From positions 1-42,046 of IMG/VR virus record IMGVR_UViG_3300045988_040454: a stretch of 42,046 nt of DNA; one strand, given 5' to 3'. Below are positions 1-8,507 of this stretch, one piece after another. Every line of letters starts with the position of its first letter. The first letter of the stretch is position 1. This DNA comes from a virus. The notes under the pieces are model-generated. The model was not told where the DNA came from and ran no database searches. It worked only from the letters and a program-made list of their open reading frames with translations. A program made the translations under genes and the position numbers.

Positions 1-119
1 CTCACACCAATGCGGTTTCCTTCGGCCTTGTTGAGCTGGTACACCACCCGGCCCAGAACGTCCCGGTCCAGCATCAGGACCGCCTCGCTGCTGCCGCTGT
101 AGCCGCTTTCCGCAAGGGC
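1..119. repeat. Terminal overlap copy A (identical to 41928-42046)
   Basis: Direct reading: ctcacaccaatgcgg...ccgcaagggc is present at both ends. It lies inside the tape measure ORF. Confidence 0.95.
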
Positions 120-1946
120 CTGCTTGAATGCCTGGACCATCGTCGCCAGCGGCGTTTCGATGTTCGTCCCGCTCCGCTGGTCGCCCAGCACGGCCAGGAA
201 CTCCCGGTTGGGCGGAATGACGGCGCCTTGGGCAAGCTGCGGGATCTGCCACTCCTTCACGAGAGGGATGTTCGGACCCCAGCTCTTTCCGCCGACTCCG
301 GGCACCCAGTCTGGCATGTCAAAGGAGATGCTGTTGATCTTCTCGATGAGCCAGTTGAGGCCCCGGATAATGAGGTTGATAACGCTGCCCACGATGGTAA
401 GCACCGTATTCAACGCCCCGCTGACCATGCCTTTCAGCCCGGAAAGCATCTTGTCAATGTCCAGGTTGATAAGGCCATCCAAGAAGGTCACAAGCCCCGA
501 AAACGTCTGCTTGAGGTTTCCAATCAGCTGTTCTCCGTTCCCCGCAAGGGTAGTAATGGCGAAGAGAATGGCGGCAATTCCCGCAACCACCAGCGGAAAT
601 ACATTCCCGGTCAGAAACCAGAAGCCCAGGCCGGTGCTGACGATACCGGCGATCATCAGCAGCGTGTTTTTGAGATTCAGGCCGTTTTGGTCTATATCCC
701 GGAACGCCGTGACCACCATAGCGGCTCCGGCAACGACAAGCCCGATGCCTGCGCCGACTTTGCCGAAGGTCAGGTAGAGTCCCAGCGCCGCCGTTGCGGC
801 TCCGCCAAGGATCTCAATGAGATTCCCCCAGTCCACGCCGTTGTTCCAGGCGTCGGAAAGCCCATCCCACAGGAGGATGAGGCCACCCACGGTGAGGGCG
901 ATCCCGGCCAGTTTCTCCGCCACGGTCCCGAGCATCCCAGGGAGGAGCGAGGACAGTTTCCAGGCGGCAAGCCCACCCCCGATGAAGATGACCGCATCGG
1001 CGATCTTCCGAAGGCGTGCGTCTACCTCATCCATGAAGGAAAAGTCCGGCGTAATTGCGTCCGCAGAAGCACCGCCCCCGCCGCCGGAAGAGCTGGAGGA
1101 AAGCTGGTTAATCTCGTCAAACGACGCAAGAGACTTCCCGGCGTCTTTCGCCGCCTTCCCGGTCCCCTTCAGTGCCTTCGTCTGGGCGTTCAGCGCCTTC
1201 GCCGACGCCGCCGCACTGGACAGGCTTTTCCCGGAGATGGCCGCCACAAGGCGGGCGATCTGCGTCACAACGGCGGCGATGACCCGGACAAGCAGAGTAA
1301 ACGCCGGGACGAGGACCTGCACAAGGGGCTGCGCCAGGGTGAGAAGCGCCCCCTTGAGCTGCGCCATTGCGGCGGAGGCCTCCTGGTCGCTCTTTACGAT
1401 CTCCACCAGCCAAGTCCGGACGCTCCGCAGAGCGGCGGTGATCATGGAGAAGATAAAAACCCGCTTTGCCAGCTTCTCCACACGGGTTACGAGCTTCTGC
1501 ATCCGAATCCCTGCCGTTTCCGTGGCATCACCAAAGCGGCTGGTATTCGCCTCCGCCTCCCGGATTCGGTCGCTGACCTCCCCCGCCTTCTTCTTTGCGC
1601 CGTCCAGGTCGATTTCTGCCGCCTGAAGCTGATTCCCGATATTGTCAACACTGTTTGCGGTCCTGTTAAACTCCGCCTGCAGCAGTCGGACACGGGTCGC
1701 CTGGTCTGCGATATCGACTTTTTCATAGGTGCCCTTCGGCGCCGCCCGCATGTCCGCAAGCACCGCTTTGGCCTCATCCAGCTCTCCCGTGATCCGCTGG
1801 AGTTTTTCCTCCAGCGGGATCTTCTGAGCGCCCAGCTTGGAGATTTTGCCGTCAAGCCGGTCGATATCCTTCACTGTCTTGTTCAGGTCCCGGTAGAGCG
1901 CCTTGTTATCCAGCTCCGTGCTGAAAATCACTTCACCATCGGCCAT
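1..1946 (-). CDS. Tail tape measure protein (653 aa in total; ORF crosses the contig junction and ends at 41912)
   Basis: The minus frame is open from ATG 1946-1944 down to base 1. It is absent from the ORF track because its stop lies across the junction. My translation starts MADGEVIFSTELDNKALYRDL. It has a coiled-coil N-part and a long Gly/Ala/Ile/Leu hydrophobic middle, and sits between the Gp15-like chaperone and the distal tail genes. Confidence 0.85.
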   Translation of the reverse strand, partial: MADGEVIFSTELDNKALYRDLNKTVKDIDRLDGKISKLGAQKIPLEEKLQRITGELDEAKAVLADMRAAPKGTYEKVDIADQATRVRLLQAEFNRTANSVDNIGNQLQAAEIDLDGAKKKAGEVSDRIREAEANTSRFGDATETAGIRMQKLVTRVEKLAKRVFIFSMITAALRSVRTWLVEIVKSDQEASAAMAQLKGALLTLAQPLVQVLVPAFTLLVRVIAAVVTQIARLVAAISGKSLSSAAASAKALNAQTKALKGTGKAAKDAGKSLASFDEINQLSSSSSGGGGGASADAITPDFSFMDEVDARLRKIADAVIFIGGGLAAWKLSSLLPGMLGTVAEKLAGIALTVGGLILLWDGLSDAWNNGVDWGNLIEILGGAATAALGLYLTFGKVGAGIGLVVAGAAMVVTAFRDIDQNGLNLKNTLLMIAGIVSTGLGFWFLTGNVFPLVVAGIAAILFAITTLAGNGEQLIGNLKQTFSGLVTFLDGLINLDIDKMLSGLKGMVSGALNTVLTIVGSVINLIIRGLNWLIEKINSISFDMPDWVPGVGGKSWGPNIPLVKEWQIPQLAQGAVIPPNREFLAVLGDQRSGTNIETPLATMVQAFKQALAESGYSGSSEAVLMLDRDVLGRVVYQLNKAEGNRIGV

Positions 1947-1955
1947 CGTGTCACC

Positions 1956-2501
1956 TCAAATCCACTCTTGCAGCAGTGTATTTTCTGCCTCGGAATACTT
2001 CTCCTTGATATCCACAAGGCGCTTGTTTTCTCGGTAAAATTCCTGGTCTGCCTTCTCCAACCTCTTGCCCTTTGCCCGCAGGGAGCGGATTCGGACGATC
2101 TGAGCAAAGAAGCAATCTCCAATCTCATAGTAGGCGGAGATGAAGGTCCACCAGTGGAGATAGGGCATGGCCCTGATCTCCTGCCCCACCACCCGATTGA
2201 TAGGGGCGGCGATGTACTGGAAATCCTGCTCCCAATCCATCAGCTTAGGGCGCTTGCGGTTGTCTCCCTCGTCCCCGCAGTTGATGAACCAGAGCATCTT
2301 CTCCGCCGCTTCCCGCAGCTGTTCCCCGGGGATCGTCAGGAAATCCGGGTAAAAGATGTCCAGCGCCGCCAGCGCCTTCCGGTCATTGTCCAGGTCCGGG
2401 TCGCCGAAGACCTCAAAGATATCCAGGATGGCCCGGTAATCCGAGCGGATGGGATAACTGATCTCTCCGATCTCAACCTCTGTCGGCAGGGAGTAATTCA
2501 T
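1956..2501 (-). CDS. Gp15-family tail assembly protein (chaperone-like)
   Basis: 181-aa ORF. The ISYPIRSDYRAILDIF pattern is typical of the Phage_Gp15 family as I recall it. It lies directly upstream of the tape measure and has an ATGA overlap with the preceding gene. Confidence 0.65.
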   Translation of the reverse strand: MNYSLPTEVEIGEISYPIRSDYRAILDIFEVFGDPDLDNDRKALAALDIFYPDFLTIPGEQLREAAEKMLWFINCGDEGDNRKRPKLMDWEQDFQYIAAPINRVVGQEIRAMPYLHWWTFISAYYEIGDCFFAQIVRIRSLRAKGKRLEKADQEFYRENKRLVDIKEKYSEAENTLLQEWI

Positions 2502-2917
2502 CTGTGGTACTTCTGGACGTGCTTCTGGATGCGCTTGTCGGAGAGCGCCGCCTCCCGCTTTACGGAATCGTCAAACAGGTCGATCACAGCCAGAATGAAG
2601 TTCTCCCATACGGGAAGGCCGTCCGCCGAGGCGTACAGGCTCATTTCCCCGAAGATTTTCTCGCAGAGGCCATCCCCGAACAGTCCGTCCAACACGCCCC
2701 GCATTTCCTGGTCCAGAGCGTGGAGGCGATCAAGCACCGCCTCAATGTCCTCGGATTCCGCCCCGGCTTTGGCTCGTTCCTTCTGTTTGCCTTCCAGGTC
2801 CTTCAGGGCGAGATAGATTTTCCGCAGCATCTCCGCATCCGCCGGGTTGAGCCGGAGAGCGTTTTCCACCCCGTTGACGGTGTAGCTCTGTACGCCGTTG
2901 GCAAAATTGAGTTCCAT
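2498..2917 (-). CDS. Tail assembly chaperone candidate
   Basis: 139 aa from MELNF with a GGAGG RBS. It is an acidic helical protein between the major tail and Gp15-like genes. The upstream part of the ORF-track ORF is Arg/Pro-rich and probably not translated. Confidence 0.5.
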   Translation of the reverse strand: MELNFANGVQSYTVNGVENALRLNPADAEMLRKIYLALKDLEGKQKERAKAGAESEDIEAVLDRLHALDQEMRGVLDGLFGDGLCEKIFGEMSLYASADGLPVWENFILAVIDLFDDSVKREAALSDKRIQKHVQKYHR

Positions 2918-2963
2918 GGTCTCCTCCTTCCAGATGGGGCGGGCAGAGCCCGCCCCGCTGTCG

Positions 2964-3485
2964 TTAGGTGTCCGCCGTGAAGGTCTTCGTGGTCTTGTCG
3001 AACGTGCCGGTGACACGTTCGCCGCCATAGGAGACCTTGATGCCAGTTACCGCCTTCTCGCCACCAGGGCCGCCGATAGAGGTCATCAGGACGGTACTGT
3101 TCGGATACCGCTCCGCAAAGGCCTTCCCGCTGCTGTCCTGCAGAAACAGGTACACCACGAGACAGTCCTGGTTCTGGAGCTCCGCCATATTCTGCTGGAC
3201 AATGCAGAGGTCCAGCACCCGATTCATCACGGCATCACCGGCAAGCAGGTTCGAGTCGGAGAACTCCTGCTCCCTCTTCGGTTTCTTTGCGCTGTTCCAA
3301 ACCGTGCCGAAAATGTCGGTTTTGCTGTCTTCGGAATAGTCTGCGTCGATGGAGCTGTCCTCGACCGTTCTCCCCATAGGCGACCACACAGGCTGCTCCG
3401 AAGAGGTCGTGTTGAGATAGGTCACGATCTGTTCACGGAGCGGAGATTCGCCGCTGTTACCGGCGATGGAATACTTCTCAGCCAT
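2964..3485 (-). CDS. Major tail protein
   Basis: 173 aa. It follows the connector genes immediately and precedes the chaperones, and its size fits siphovirus tube proteins. The family was not verified. Confidence 0.65.
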   Translation of the reverse strand: MAEKYSIAGNSGESPLREQIVTYLNTTSSEQPVWSPMGRTVEDSSIDADYSEDSKTDIFGTVWNSAKKPKREQEFSDSNLLAGDAVMNRVLDLCIVQQNMAELQNQDCLVVYLFLQDSSGKAFAERYPNSTVLMTSIGGPGGEKAVTGIKVSYGGERVTGTFDKTTKTFTADT

Positions 3486-3929
3486 TTAATTCACCTCGTA
3501 TCTCTTGATAAACTGCACGGACAGCTGGGCAGAGTAAACGGCAGTCCCCTCGCTGTCCGCTGTAAAGAGGCTACCGTTCTGAGCTTTGATGGTCTCCCGT
3601 CGGGGGTCGCCCCCGAAGACGGGGGCCTTTCCGGTGATGGACTGGCTCTGCACCCAATCCTGGAAGTCCATCAGCCACTGTGCGTTTTCCTCGGCGCCCA
3701 CATCGTCGCCGGGAGCTTTGGCAAAAACGAAGTACAGCGTGAAACTATACTGGTTTAGGACGGTCACATTGCCAAGGATGTCCCGCTTGCGACTGACCTC
3801 CAGCAAACCGGAAGGATTGACGCCGCCGTTGGCGGGCACTTCGTCCGTATAGTCCACAGACAGTTCCTGAAGCTGGCTGCAGCCGGGATAGGTCTTGATC
3901 CACTCTCGGATTTTCTCCAGCGCTGTCAT
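3486..3929 (-). CDS. Tail completion/terminator protein candidate
   Basis: 147 aa. It is the last of four tightly overlapping neck genes before the major tail gene. The call is by position only. Confidence 0.45.
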   Translation of the reverse strand: MTALEKIREWIKTYPGCSQLQELSVDYTDEVPANGGVNPSGLLEVSRKRDILGNVTVLNQYSFTLYFVFAKAPGDDVGAEENAQWLMDFQDWVQSQSITGKAPVFGGDPRRETIKAQNGSLFTADSEGTAVYSAQLSVQFIKRYEVN

Positions 3930-4378
3930 TTAAGCGCCTCCCTTCGGCGGATGTACGCCTTGATCTCCTGCCCCATGGCATCGCCTTCGGCGGCCACCAG
4001 GCGGCGGTCCCAGTAGGGACCAGCGTTGGCGTTCTTACTGGTGTCATAGACCAAATCTCGGTTCGTGAGGACCTTTGCCGCCCCCTTGCGGCTCCGCCAG
4101 GTGCCGTCCTTGGTGAGAAAACCGGCGGCGTTGATCTTGGGGTCGACCATCACCTTGCCATAGTACTGATACCTAGCATCCGGAGCCGCCACGGTGATCT
4201 CCGCAGGGCCGGAGATATACTTCCGCTTGCTGGAAAGAGCGCCGGAGCGGTACGGCATGTAGCGGGATATCCTTCGATTGACGATGTTGGTCCAGGTTCG
4301 TTGCACATCGCCGTTGCGGTCTAGGCCGTGAGCCCGGATGATCTGCGATGCGCTTTTGCATTTTACCTGTACGATCAT
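3926..4378 (-). CDS. Head-tail joining (neck) protein candidate
   Basis: 150 aa, with 4-nt overlaps to both neighbours. The call is by position only. Confidence 0.45.
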   Translation of the reverse strand: MIVQVKCKSASQIIRAHGLDRNGDVQRTWTNIVNRRISRYMPYRSGALSSKRKYISGPAEITVAAPDARYQYYGKVMVDPKINAAGFLTKDGTWRSRKGAAKVLTNRDLVYDTSKNANAGPYWDRRLVAAEGDAMGQEIKAYIRRREALK

Positions 4379-4722
4379 CCGCCCGCCTCCGTATGCACGA
4401 TGGCCCCGTGGTAGTACTTCGGGTCGACGTACTTCACCACCACGAGGCCCGGGACCTTGGAGGGGATGAGCGCCGCCCAGTCCTCCCGGCCCGTGATCTC
4501 CGGGCCTTCCCCGGCCATGACCTTATCGCCCACGGCCACCTGCACCACAGGCCCGGGAAGGACCAGCAGAAACGAGTTCGCCTCGCTGCTGCCGGTCTTA
4601 TCCACGTTCTGGGTCTTCTTGTGATCCAGGAAAGCCCGATTGATGACCTTCCGGGTGTAGCCCGTACCGCCGTCCCAGTGGTACACCGTCACGGTCTGGT
4701 CGCAGAGCCGATAGGTCAGCAT
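4375..4722 (-). CDS. Head closure protein candidate
   Basis: 115 aa from MLTYRL, with its start overlapping the stop of the upstream gene. The call is by position only. Confidence 0.45.
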   Translation of the reverse strand: MLTYRLCDQTVTVYHWDGGTGYTRKVINRAFLDHKKTQNVDKTGSSEANSFLLVLPGPVVQVAVGDKVMAGEGPEITGREDWAALIPSKVPGLVVVKYVDPKYYHGAIVHTEAGG

Positions 4723-5087
4723 CCGCCCACCCCCCGATAGATGTCCAGGTACAGGCACGCCCGGCGGTACATTTCACGGTCCTGCGCCGCCTGGGAGAAG
4801 TCCAGACTGCCGGCGCCGCCGCTATAGGTCTCAGACACGCTGCCGACGCTGACGGACGCCACCGGGCCGCCGGTGCCGTCACGGGCCCCTTCATACCAAG
4901 CTACGGCATCCGCCATGGCGCAGATGGCCATCTTCTCGGCGTCCTCATCCGGGGCCGTCACGGTGTAGATGCGCCGGTACCGGGCGAGTTGGTCCCTCGC
5001 CCGGGCGGCACAGCGGAGAAACTCCGTCTCGTCCTGGATGGTCCCCATGTACGTGGTCTGGTAATAGAGAAAATCCGGCACGGTCAT
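4716..5087 (-). CDS. Head-tail connector (gp6-like) protein candidate
   Basis: 123 aa and the first gene after the capsid gene, the usual place of gp6-like adaptors. Confidence 0.5.
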   Translation of the reverse strand: MTVPDFLYYQTTYMGTIQDETEFLRCAARARDQLARYRRIYTVTAPDEDAEKMAICAMADAVAWYEGARDGTGGPVASVSVGSVSETYSGGAGSLDFSQAAQDREMYRRACLYLDIYRGVGGC

Positions 5088-5099
5088 CCCTCCCGTTTA

Positions 5100-6098
5100 T
5101 CAGGCGGAAGTCTTGGGCTTCAGCACGATGCCGTTCATGGCGGCAGCCTTCAGGGTGTTCTTCAGGACTACGCCGGCGACCAGCTCGACCTCGCCCTTCT
5201 TCACGGCGCCAGGCTCGCTCATGTTGGGCATGTAAGAGTTGATGACGCCGGTACCAGCGGGAGAAATGCCGTGGAAGCCGTCCAGACCGATGCTCACAGC
5301 GTAGATGCTGGAGGTACCGGCGGCGGTGGCGCTGGGGGTGGAGGTGCCGATGACATCCACGGAGTTGCTGCCGTTGTAGTACTTGCCGCAGTCCATCAGG
5401 GGGATACCGGCGAAGGTCTCCACGACCCGGCCGAAATCGTCCTTGGTGCGCTCATAGTAACCAGCCCGGCGGGCGGCGGCACGGACCTTCAGCAGCATGT
5501 CGCTGTTCATCAGCAGCATGGTGGTGTCGCCGTCGATGGCGTGCACCAGCTGGTCCAGCTGGTCGATAAAGGCGTTGGCGTTGCTCCCGATCTTGGCGGA
5601 ATCGGAGAGGTCGATGTCGGTGGTGAACTCGTTGGAGGTGCCGTCCAGCAGCTTCCGCAGGCCGTCGAAGGTACCGGTCACGTAACCGGCGCCAGTGGAA
5701 GCGGCGATGCCGTTGATGACGAGGTTGTGGAAGTAGTTGCTGGTGGCCTTGACCTTCTGGGACAGCTGGAAGGCCAGCTCATCCACAGCGCCGGAGGTGT
5801 TCTGGAGCACACGGTCCACCTGGAAGGAACCGCCCATGATGACAGCCTTGGCGGTCTTCTCCACCCGCTTGGCCTCACCGGCGGAATACTCGCTGTTGAT
5901 GGCACGAACAGCGGCGGTGGAGGGGGTCTTGAGCTGGATGTAGCCGTAGGTCAGGGTAGAGCCGCCGGTACCGGGAGAAATGGCGTTATCGAACACCAGC
6001 CGATCCAGCAGCAGAGAGCTCCGGCGGAACTCGTCGACGATCATCTGGTCGACCTTATCGGCCATACCGACCTTGGCTTCAGCGAGAGTAATAGGCAT
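5100..6098 (-). CDS. Major capsid protein
   Basis: 332 aa, directly downstream of the scaffold gene. It has a strong RBS, and its size and position are typical of HK97-fold capsid proteins. Confidence 0.8.
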   Translation of the reverse strand: MPITLAEAKVGMADKVDQMIVDEFRRSSLLLDRLVFDNAISPGTGGSTLTYGYIQLKTPSTAAVRAINSEYSAGEAKRVEKTAKAVIMGGSFQVDRVLQNTSGAVDELAFQLSQKVKATSNYFHNLVINGIAASTGAGYVTGTFDGLRKLLDGTSNEFTTDIDLSDSAKIGSNANAFIDQLDQLVHAIDGDTTMLLMNSDMLLKVRAAARRAGYYERTKDDFGRVVETFAGIPLMDCGKYYNGSNSVDVIGTSTPSATAAGTSSIYAVSIGLDGFHGISPAGTGVINSYMPNMSEPGAVKKGEVELVAGVVLKNTLKAAAMNGIVLKPKTSA

Positions 6099-6111
6099 AA
6101 TTCAGTCTCCT

Positions 6112-6666
6112 TTACTTATCGTATTTTTCGTGGAGCGCCGCAGAAAGGGAAATGGGCGCATCCGGTTTGCCGGGAATGGGATTCTTGCCGGGGCCCGAAG
6201 CGTAAGGCGCCGGGGGATCCGTCTCGAAGAGGTATCCGTTCTCCTTCTGGAGAGTTTCCAGGGCCGCCTTGATGTCGGTATCCTGGTTGCTGGACTTGCG
6301 GAGGGCGTCCATGTCCAGCAGGGCAGAGATCGCTTTGGCGCTGCGGCCCTTGGCGGCGGTGATAGCGTCCTTGAGCTTGCCCTCAAACTCCATACCGTCC
6401 AGCTTCTCCTGCCACTCCTTGTCCTTGCTGGTGAGTTGCCCCTGGAGTTCCTTGATCTTCGCCTGAAGCTGGGATGCGTCCACCCCTTCAAATGCCTTCA
6501 GGGCCTTCTTGGCCTCCTCCAGCTGCTCCTTGATGGAATGGTAGTCCACAAAGGGCTTCTTCGCCGCTTCGATGTCACGGCCATTCTCGGCGAGGATTTC
6601 GTCGATGATCTCCTTGGGGAGGGCCTGGTCGCCCACCTTGAAATTCTGCAGAAATTCGGTTTTCAT
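6112..6666 (-). CDS. Scaffolding protein
   Basis: 184 aa Lys/Glu-rich coiled coil (KEQLEEAKKALKAFEG, QAKIKELQGQLTSKDKEW), immediately upstream of the capsid gene. Confidence 0.75.
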   Translation of the reverse strand: MKTEFLQNFKVGDQALPKEIIDEILAENGRDIEAAKKPFVDYHSIKEQLEEAKKALKAFEGVDASQLQAKIKELQGQLTSKDKEWQEKLDGMEFEGKLKDAITAAKGRSAKAISALLDMDALRKSSNQDTDIKAALETLQKENGYLFETDPPAPYASGPGKNPIPGKPDAPISLSAALHEKYDK

Positions 6667-6754
6667 GGTTTCTCCTCTTTCGGCTAGGCGTTTTAGGAGG
6701 TCGCCAGCTCCTGCCGCTCCGTCCTTTTAGGCCCACGGATAGGCCAAATGGGTA

Positions 6755-6781
6755 TGAAAAAAGCAGCCCTTCGGCTGCTTC
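6755..6781 (-). terminator. Intrinsic terminator (second of a tandem pair)
   Basis: The minus strand reads GAAGCAGCC-GAAG-GGCTGCTTTTTTC: an 8-bp GC-rich stem followed by a T-run. Confidence 0.65.
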
Positions 6782-6800
6782 AATCATTGAATTGTGGCGT

Positions 6801-6831
6801 AAGAAAACCGCCGTCCAAAGGATGGCGGTTT
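6801..6831 (-). terminator. Intrinsic terminator (first of a tandem pair, overlaps the stop codon of the 56-aa ORF)
   Basis: The minus strand reads AAACCGCCATCC-TTT-GGACGGCGGTTTTCT: a 10-12 bp stem with one G-T pair, then a T-run. Confidence 0.6.
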
Positions 6832-7000
6832 AATTGCTGAGAATCTCAAAATACTTCTTGGGATAAGCGTACCATTCCCCTGAGCGGTCCTTCACCCCAA
6901 TCATCTTTTTGGAATCCTGAAGGTCTTGCGCCTCATAAATCTCTCCGGCCCGAATTTCCGCGGCATCCGGGCCGATGTACTTCACTTTGTAACTAGTCAT
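6830..7000 (-). CDS. Small protein (56 aa) downstream of MuF; possible immunity protein
   Basis: MTSYKVKYIGPDAAEIRAGEIYEAQDL... The start overlaps the MuF stop by 8 nt, and the gene is followed by two terminators. The function is inferred only from context. Confidence 0.4.
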   Translation of the reverse strand: MTSYKVKYIGPDAAEIRAGEIYEAQDLQDSKKMIGVKDRSGEWYAYPKKYFEILSN

Positions 7001-8507
7001 CCAGATACCACCTCCCATCCTTGACCTTGATCTTCATTTCGACCTTCCCAACATCAGGCTCCTGGTACCAATGGAGTTCTACACGACGTAATTCTCCATA
7101 CTCATCCTCTACCAACCCAAAGCCTTTTTCTTTGGTCCATTTTACTCTGTCTCCACCATACTTGTCAATAAGCCAGTCTATGCAGTCGATCTGCCGTTCT
7201 CTTTCCGCACCCGCCATAACGTGGTTTTTAGGCTGAGTAATTCGGGTTCCCTCGGCAAGACGAAGAATGTCTCCTGTTGCGGGATTGAATATATCATAGT
7301 TCTTCGCTTTCGCCCCAATTGATCGGCCAATAGTCTCGGAAACAGTAAAGGCAGTCTCCGCCGCAACGGCCTGCTTCCATCCGAACTTGGCAACCTCCGC
7401 CCGCTCTAGCTGGGTACGCAGTCCAGCGGCCCTGGAGAATCGGGAGTATTCCTGCCGGAGGATCTGGAGCTTAATCTGGTCCGTTTGCAGCTTTTCCGCA
7501 TCCCCGGCGGCTTCGTCCACCAGGATGCGCCGCTTTTGCCGCCGGATGGAAGCTTCCATCCGGCGCTGCCGCTGGGTGGCTTCGTAGCCGGTATAGTGCT
7601 TACCCTGGTAGGTAACGCCCTCCTCGTTCTTCTGGCGCATCCGCTCCAGCTCTTCCGGGCTGTATTGAGGGATGCTCACTCCCAGGATGATGGGATGGGC
7701 GGAATGGCCGCAGTTGAGGGTCCCAATGCGCCGCACGAGGCTGTTGTTCAGCGCTTGATACTCGGCGTCCGGGTACTGCTTCCCCTGGATGGGCTCATGG
7801 TCCGGGGCGCTGTTATTGTGGGCGTCGATCTCCCAGCCGTCGGCGCCCAAGTCATCATGGGTCCTCTGGGATATCTGCTCCTGCATTAGGCCAAGCCCGC
7901 CCATGACGTTGCGCCGGACGGCGGCTTCCAGGCTCGTATGCACGCCGGATTCATAATCGATCCAGCGCACGCCCCGGTCCGCCAGGTTTTTGGTGGCCTG
8001 CCGGATGGCGGTATTGTAATCCGTCGCTCCAGTGGAAACCTGCATGAAAGCGAAGTCCATACAGCTCCGGTAGGCATCCCTCAGCGGGAGCGCCCGTCCG
8101 TAGGGGTCCACCATGCCGAGTGTCTGGGTGATGTTGCTCAGGTCGTTCTCCGCCAGCTGCACGGCCGCCGCCACAATCTGCTGGACCGCCTCATTCTGCC
8201 GGAACGGGATGGCCTGCACCTGCGGCAGGCTTCTGAGGTCATAGCTGTAGCCCGCCTCGGCGCTCTGGGTCAGCATCTGCCGGAGTTCCCGGTTGGAGAC
8301 CTTCAGCAGCTTTTTGAGCCGCTTCTTGATCTCCCGCTGGGAGAGGCCAAGCTCCTGGAGCTTCCAGGTCTCATACTGCGCCGTGGCCGTAAGCTGCCCA
8401 GCTTTGGCCACTCGCTTGGCAAGGTCCTGTATCAGATAGTCCACGATAGGAGCCGTCAGCTTCTCGGCGGCGCCCCGCAGGGCGTCGATCTCGTCCGCCC
8501 GGAGCAT
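6993..8507 (-). CDS. Head morphogenesis protein, MuF / SPP1 gp7 family, with a ~130-aa C-terminal extension
   Basis: 504 aa. The core NNSAPDHEPIQGKQYPD...NCGHS and a basic coiled coil (QRQRRMEASIRRQKRR) are typical of Firmicutes MuF proteins. TAATG coupling to the portal gene. Residues ~375-504 form an extra domain. Confidence 0.8.
   Translation of the reverse strand: MLRADEIDALRGAAEKLTAPIVDYLIQDLAKRVAKAGQLTATAQYETWKLQELGLSQREIKKRLKKLLKVSNRELRQMLTQSAEAGYSYDLRSLPQVQAIPFRQNEAVQQIVAAAVQLAENDLSNITQTLGMVDPYGRALPLRDAYRSCMDFAFMQVSTGATDYNTAIRQATKNLADRGVRWIDYESGVHTSLEAAVRRNVMGGLGLMQEQISQRTHDDLGADGWEIDAHNNSAPDHEPIQGKQYPDAEYQALNNSLVRRIGTLNCGHSAHPIILGVSIPQYSPEELERMRQKNEEGVTYQGKHYTGYEATQRQRRMEASIRRQKRRILVDEAAGDAEKLQTDQIKLQILRQEYSRFSRAAGLRTQLERAEVAKFGWKQAVAAETAFTVSETIGRSIGAKAKNYDIFNPATGDILRLAEGTRITQPKNHVMAGAERERQIDCIDWLIDKYGGDRVKWTKEKGFGLVEDEYGELRRVELHWYQEPDVGKVEMKIKVKDGRWYLDD

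Noticed and set aside
1-119. Direct terminal repeat as the physical genome ends.
   Set aside because: The repeat lies inside the tape measure ORF and the frame continues seamlessly. It is most simply an assembly overlap of a circular or permuted genome.
228-2816. 862-aa plus-strand ORF, and similar long antisense ORFs at 4989-6272, 10134-11228, 33171-34496, 38349-40067 and 31529-32524 (minus).
   Set aside because: Each lies antisense to a gene with clear motifs and an RBS. They span several real genes, are Arg/Pro/Gly/Ala-rich as expected for the reverse frame of high-GC coding DNA, and lack RBSs.
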